A DNA stretch of 42,126 nucleotides from Bacteriovoracia bacterium (lineage in GTDB: Bacteria > Bdellovibrionota > Bacteriovoracia > Bacteriovoracales > Bacteriovoracaceae): assembly GCA_046570105.1 (NCBI GenBank), contig JBKHVI010000020.1, forward strand, positions 1 to 42,126, given 5' to 3'. The position numbers and the translations under genes are program-made. The notes under the pieces were generated by a model that saw nothing but the letters and a program-made list of their open reading frames with translations, had not been told where the DNA came from and made no database searches. Of this stretch, positions 37,360 to 42,126 are shown one piece after another (the first letter of the stretch is position 1; each line of letters starts with the position of its first letter).

Positions 37360-38649
37360 TTAGTACTGAGAGATCTTTTGAGCCGCTTTATTCAAATTCA
37401 AGCGACCGCCAGTCACGGTTTTGTCTTTGAGATCACTTAATTGATCAACTGTTGAGAGCATGATCGCCTTGAGATCGCGTGACGCTTTTGCCGGATTAGA
37501 TTTTGCTAATGCCGTGAAGGTAGGTGAGGCGACGCTATGAAGAAAGGCCACAGCACCAGCCACGTGCGGTGTCGCCATGGAAGTTCCGGTGAGGTTGCTT
37601 GCACGATTGCCTGGAACAGTTGAGTAAACGTTTGTGCCAGGAGCACCTAGATCGATATGTGTTTTTCCCCAACCAGCTTGACCGTAGAGTTTGTCTTCGC
37701 TGGTGGTGTTTGTAACAGCAATAATGAAATCAGTTTCACAGCTCGTTGGCACATCACCCGTTTTATCGATGTCCCACGCCATGTTCGCCGTGGCGGCAGC
37801 TGAGAGAATTCCTACTTGCCCCATCGCTTCGTAGATATCGTTCCAAACTTTGTACTGTGCATCTGAACAGCGAGCGCCGTCGATACCAAAGCTTGAATTG
37901 GTGGCAACAACATTGGCGCCTTCTTTACCGCCTGAAGAGAGCCAGCGTTTTTTCTGCTCGAGAACGTAGTTGTAACCACGAAGAACTACTGCCGTATCAC
38001 CTGATGAAGCAGCAACTGGCATAATTTTTACATTCCAGTTCACACCCGCTACATGTTTACCGTTGTTACCTTCAGCACCGGCGATACCTGAAACGTGAGT
38101 TCCGTGCATGCCCTTAGGGATTTGCGCATTATTGTTGTAAGCGTTCCAGCCGTTGATGTCATCAACGTAGCCGTTTTTATCGTCGTCTTTACCGTTGCCA
38201 GCAATCTCACCTTCGTTGACCCAAATATTATTTTTGAGATCCTCATGATCAACATCAGTGCCGTTGTCTACGATTGCTACCACAACATCATCGCGGTCAG
38301 TGGTTTCGCCACCAGTGCCAAGTTGCCAAGCTTGTGGGGCTTGAATTTTTTGTGGACCCCATTGTTGGGCCCAAGCAGTATCATTCGGTGTTTTAGAGCG
38401 AAGCTGCATCTTTTCATTTTGCATGGCGATTTCAACCGAAGCAATCGCTTGAGCTTTTGCCAAACTCACAACAGCACTCTTGTTGCTGTCTGAGACTAGA
38501 TAGATGCCAAGGCTAGGAACCAAAGCTTCCTTCACGAGGAAGCCAGCATCTGTGAGTGCCTTAGTGTTGTTTGATTTTACGATAACGTCTGCTGCATGTG
38601 CCCCGGAGAAAATAAAGCTGGTGGCAAGTACGGCCTTTAATAGGAACAT
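37360..38649 (-). CDS. Secreted S8 subtilisin-like serine protease
   Basis: VDNG, HGTHVSG and GTSMATPHVAG triad motifs. ATG 38649 behind AGGAGG. Confidence 0.96.
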   Translation of the reverse strand: MFLLKAVLATSFIFSGAHAADVIVKSNNTKALTDAGFLVKEALVPSLGIYLVSDSNKSAVVSLAKAQAIASVEIAMQNEKMQLRSKTPNDTAWAQQWGPQKIQAPQAWQLGTGGETTDRDDVVVAIVDNGTDVDHEDLKNNIWVNEGEIAGNGKDDDKNGYVDDINGWNAYNNNAQIPKGMHGTHVSGIAGAEGNNGKHVAGVNWNVKIMPVAASSGDTAVVLRGYNYVLEQKKRWLSSGGKEGANVVATNSSFGIDGARCSDAQYKVWNDIYEAMGQVGILSAAATANMAWDIDKTGDVPTSCETDFIIAVTNTTSEDKLYGQAGWGKTHIDLGAPGTNVYSTVPGNRASNLTGTSMATPHVAGAVAFLHSVASPTFTALAKSNPAKASRDLKAIMLSTVDQLSDLKDKTVTGGRLNLNKAAQKISQY

Positions 38650-38794
38650 GCGATCCTCCTTGATCGTAAAATTCTTCTCATCCATAAGAAGCGATGTAGT
38701 TTTATTATCTCTCTCTCAAATAGGAGCGAAACGGGGCAGGATATGCCCTGAGTCATAATTATTTCATTCTGTTAGGCGAGAGATGAAGAAGGCT

Positions 38795-39589
38795 TTATGC
38801 GACGGTTTTTTGACTCTGGCGGAAGATTTTGCCTAGGAGCATTTCAGTCAAACAGCGAGGAGAGAAGCGAGCGAGTTTTGAGCCTAGCCAATTGAGGACT
38901 CCGGGAACAACTTCAATTTGATTTTTTTTCACCGCCAACAAGCTGGCCTTCACGACTCGCTCGGGTGACATCAAAAATTTATGAGTAACTGGCATAAGAT
39001 GACCCATCTGGGCCTCACTCATAAACGACGTATTTGTTCCACCCGGACACACGGCCGTGACATGAATACCAAAAGGCTTCCACTCATGATGAAGAGCACG
39101 TGTGAAAGAGAGCACGTAAGATTTTGTGGCGGCGTAGACGGCAAAAGTAGGAATCGCCTGAAAAGCAGCGGTACTGGCGATATTGATGACACCTGAGGGA
39201 CGTTTTTTGAGTAGCGGAAACATCTCACCAGTCAGCTCAGTTAATGAGCGCATGTTGAGATCCATCGTGGCTAGATTTTCAGTGAGATTCTTGTCCGTAA
39301 AATCTCCCCACAAACCTTTGCCGGCATTATTGATCAGTAGATCGACTGGAATTTGTTTTTCTTCACAGAATTGGCGAATGCGACGGGCCTCACCAGCAAG
39401 ATTTAAATCAGCTTTCAATGTCCACGTTTGAATTGAATACTTTTCAGCGAACTCACGTGCCAGGGATTGAAGTATGTCTTCACGTCGTGCGACCAAAACT
39501 AAGTTCGTACCTTGTTTGGCCAGTTCGTGCGCAAAATGCAGCCCAATTCCTGAGCTGGCACCCGTTATAAGAGCAAAATTAAACTTCAT
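38795..39589 (-). CDS. Classical SDR oxidoreductase
   Basis: TGASSGIG, NNAG and YAATK. Confidence 0.95.
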   Translation of the reverse strand: MKFNFALITGASSGIGLHFAHELAKQGTNLVLVARREDILQSLAREFAEKYSIQTWTLKADLNLAGEARRIRQFCEEKQIPVDLLINNAGKGLWGDFTDKNLTENLATMDLNMRSLTELTGEMFPLLKKRPSGVINIASTAAFQAIPTFAVYAATKSYVLSFTRALHHEWKPFGIHVTAVCPGGTNTSFMSEAQMGHLMPVTHKFLMSPERVVKASLLAVKKNQIEVVPGVLNWLGSKLARFSPRCLTEMLLGKIFRQSQKTVA

Positions 39590-40839
39590 AGACCAAACAG
39601 TTTATGAACAGCACGGCGCTCGCGCATCGCTGTGATAAAGGCAGCATGAGACCAGGTGAGTTCATCAGCTGAAACTTGAAAACCAGTATAGCGATCCCAT
39701 TGTTCGGCCATGGCCCCATCAACTCGTGAATGAAAACGTACTCGCTCCATATAGTTATCACCTGATGTAAGATGACCGCGATCACCAGTCAGGCGTGCCA
39801 TGCGGTAATGGTACTCAGCAACGGCCAATGTGGTGAGAATCCATGGATTGCCTCCGTAGTACTGATCTTCTGGATAACGACCAAGAGCTACCGCACTCAA
39901 GCCTCGTTGATTAAGCGGATAAACACGATTGAAAGCTTCAATTAAAAGTTCAATGGTACGTGCCAGACGTGAGTCGGTAATCCGATAAGCCGCCTTTTCT
40001 CCTACGTGCAAGAACGCCAATAGAATTGAGGTGTCGAGATTTGAATATTTGTACCCCAGACCATCTACGCGATCACGAGTTGTGACGAAATGATTATTCT
40101 CAACAAATTTCGCCAGACGATTTTCAATCAAGACAGCTTGAAAGGCATAAAATGCGGCCGCGCCTTCATCTTTAAAGATGCGAGCAAGTTCAGCTCCTTC
40201 AAGTAGAGCTTGGCGTTGAGCAAGCAGTGTATAGAAGTGAGTTCCTTTGACTTCTTCCCACAAATCAAAATTGGCCTTTGTCCACTGATGAGCGGTGTAC
40301 TCAAGGTCACGCTTAATCAAAGAGCGTGCTGGCATCTCGGCTTGGTACAATTTTTCAAGTGACGCTGGAGTAGCACCTTGAGAAAGAAGATGTTTTGTGT
40401 GGCGAACGAGAAATAGTGCGCGTAAAGCTGGTCCGTCATTTTGTGGGCGACCCCAAGGACCGGTATAGCCCGTACCATCAACATTATATTTCGGTTCACC
40501 TAAATCAGAGAGTGTCGGCTGGTCTTGAATGTAGTGTGAAAATTGAATGTATTGATCAATGTGCTTATTGAGTTCAGCATTCGGATTGATTTGTGTTTCG
40601 ACCATCAATACATCCATCACCAGCGCCGCATCACGAACCCAGTGGAAAATATAATCCGGTTCGCGACTTGGAGAAGCGATCACCACGCCTGGGCGGGTAC
40701 CTTCAGGTGAAAGGTTGGCCTTGAGTTTTTGCCATGAAGCTTTCTCCTGTTGCACCAACCACTGATTGAGTGATTGGGCAAAAGTAGTAGATGTGAGGGT
40801 AGAGGCTACCAACGTAAGAGCGAAGAATAATGTTTTCAT
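39586..40839 (-). CDS. Secreted glucoamylase, GH15
   Basis: WVRDAA, LGEPKYNVDG, WGRPQNDGPALRA, DLWEE, GRYPED, AEQ and LTWSHA motifs, plus signal peptide. Confidence 0.94.
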   Translation of the reverse strand: MKTLFFALTLVASTLTSTTFAQSLNQWLVQQEKASWQKLKANLSPEGTRPGVVIASPSREPDYIFHWVRDAALVMDVLMVETQINPNAELNKHIDQYIQFSHYIQDQPTLSDLGEPKYNVDGTGYTGPWGRPQNDGPALRALFLVRHTKHLLSQGATPASLEKLYQAEMPARSLIKRDLEYTAHQWTKANFDLWEEVKGTHFYTLLAQRQALLEGAELARIFKDEGAAAFYAFQAVLIENRLAKFVENNHFVTTRDRVDGLGYKYSNLDTSILLAFLHVGEKAAYRITDSRLARTIELLIEAFNRVYPLNQRGLSAVALGRYPEDQYYGGNPWILTTLAVAEYHYRMARLTGDRGHLTSGDNYMERVRFHSRVDGAMAEQWDRYTGFQVSADELTWSHAAFITAMRERRAVHKLFGL

Positions 40840-40981
40840 AAAAGGATGCTAGATCGAGAGAGCTCAAATGGCCAGTCTCTCATCGGAGCTAACTCTATGA
40901 AATGCTAAAGGTTTTTCTGACCCTGTTTAATTTTTAGGGGGGCCTCTAGCTTTGAAAACGTCTGTGATACCGTCCGTCGCT

Positions 40982-42126
40982 ATGATGAAAAAACTATTGG
41001 TTCTAGGGACTCTGTTCTCCTGGTCAGCTCTAGCAGCTCTTACCACTCCAGATCCCGATATTTTGGTGCAAAGTCGCTTCAATAAAGAGTGGAGCCATGT
41101 TTTTTTAAATCACTTACGTTCAGTCATTATTCAAAATGACATGAACGATCCTTACGAGCGCACCATTGAATCACAGGTCATATTTGATTTAGGTCCTCGC
41201 GTGGTGGGTCTGACGGAAGAGAGTCAGGATTGGTATCGCTTATTACAAAAGTTTTTAAAGATTGATCTGGTAAAATCAGACTTCCGTCTGGTGATTGATC
41301 GCTTCCATTATAAAGTGGAAAATCTTGATGCGGCGATTAGCCCCACTTCACAAAACGCATCAATGCTCTGGACGATGAACCATAATGTACAAAACTTAGG
41401 GCTTGGTGCGGAAAAAATGTCTCTGCAGGTGGCACTCCACGCCAACTCAGGCGCACCTATCGTTTTTAATATTGATTTGATGGGGACTACTTTAGAGTTA
41501 GATGGTTTGACTGTGCCTGTGCAAGCTGTTTGGCGCTCGACGATTTTGTCTGAAGAGCTAGAAGTGGTGCTAGAAAAAGTCGATCTTCGTGATGCCCTAA
41601 GAAAACTTCATGCTTCACCTGAGCGAGTAAATTTAAATTTCCAAGATATCGTGATTCCTCCGATGGAAATTCGCATCGGTAATCGTCGAGTTGTGATTGA
41701 TCCAAAGAAGTTGCGTAATTGGATTGTGAATAACAAAGACAAGATGAAAAAATTTATCTTGGATGTCATGGTCATCAAGAACATCGATGCCTTCGAGGAC
41801 ATGACGGGTGATGAAGATTTAGCAATGACGTTTCCACGTAACTTTTTTGCTCCAGGGGAAAAGCTTAGTGCCGCTATCTCTCTGGAAAATCTTATCGGAA
41901 GTCAGACTCATGTTCGCGCACGGATGAATGGTGTGTTCTGTAATCCACGTGAAGCGACTGATCTCAAAGGATGTCAGGACACAGCGGTTCGTAATCCACG
42001 CTTGGAGCGAGCAGGTGTTGATTATGAATCATCACTTCGAAAAATCTATTCCGACTTAGAAAAAAACGACGCCAATATTATTGTTTCTCTCAGCGAGACT
42101 TATTTGAATCAAGCGGCGAGTGCGGC
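40982..42126 (+). CDS. Secreted hypothetical protein, 3'-truncated by the window edge (absent from the ORF track)
   Basis: ATG 40982/40985, signal peptide MKKLLVLGTLFSWSALA. The frame appears open to the end of the window. Confidence 0.8.
   Translation, partial: MMKKLLVLGTLFSWSALAALTTPDPDILVQSRFNKEWSHVFLNHLRSVIIQNDMNDPYERTIESQVIFDLGPRVVGLTEESQDWYRLLQKFLKIDLVKSDFRLVIDRFHYKVENLDAAISPTSQNASMLWTMNHNVQNLGLGAEKMSLQVALHANSGAPIVFNIDLMGTTLELDGLTVPVQAVWRSTILSEELEVVLEKVDLRDALRKLHASPERVNLNFQDIVIPPMEIRIGNRRVVIDPKKLRNWIVNNKDKMKKFILDVMVIKNIDAFEDMTGDEDLAMTFPRNFFAPGEKLSAAISLENLIGSQTHVRARMNGVFCNPREATDLKGCQDTAVRNPRLERAGVDYESSLRKIYSDLEKNDANIIVSLSETYLNQAASA

Overview
A gene-dense bacterial chromosomal window, inferred (not proven) from protein style to be from a Bdellovibrionota-like organism. 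The left edge looks like the end of an integrated element: a serine-recombinase-like C-terminus runs into the 3' end of tRNA-Arg(CCG). It is followed by an alkyl-DHAP synthase / fatty acyl reductase / MaoC operon (candidate ether-lipid pathway), housekeeping genes, secreted proteases, tRNA-Pro(GGG), and a complete small-protein transcription unit missed by the ORF track. The best candidate for an undescribed system is a ~13 kb cluster (13.9-27.2 kb). It encodes two paralogous membrane desaturases (one coupled to a PAS kinase, one fused to a squalene/phytoene-synthase-like domain), an AurF-like di-iron enzyme, a Rieske oxygenase, a beta-helix acyltransferase-like protein, a PAP2 enzyme, an MMPL exporter and an ABC importer. 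The right third holds an ECF sigma/Spy module, a sulfane-sulfur detoxification cluster with its operator, a subtilase and a fungal-type GH15 glucoamylase. No CRISPR array, rRNA or IS was seen. All family calls come from motifs read by eye; no searches were run.
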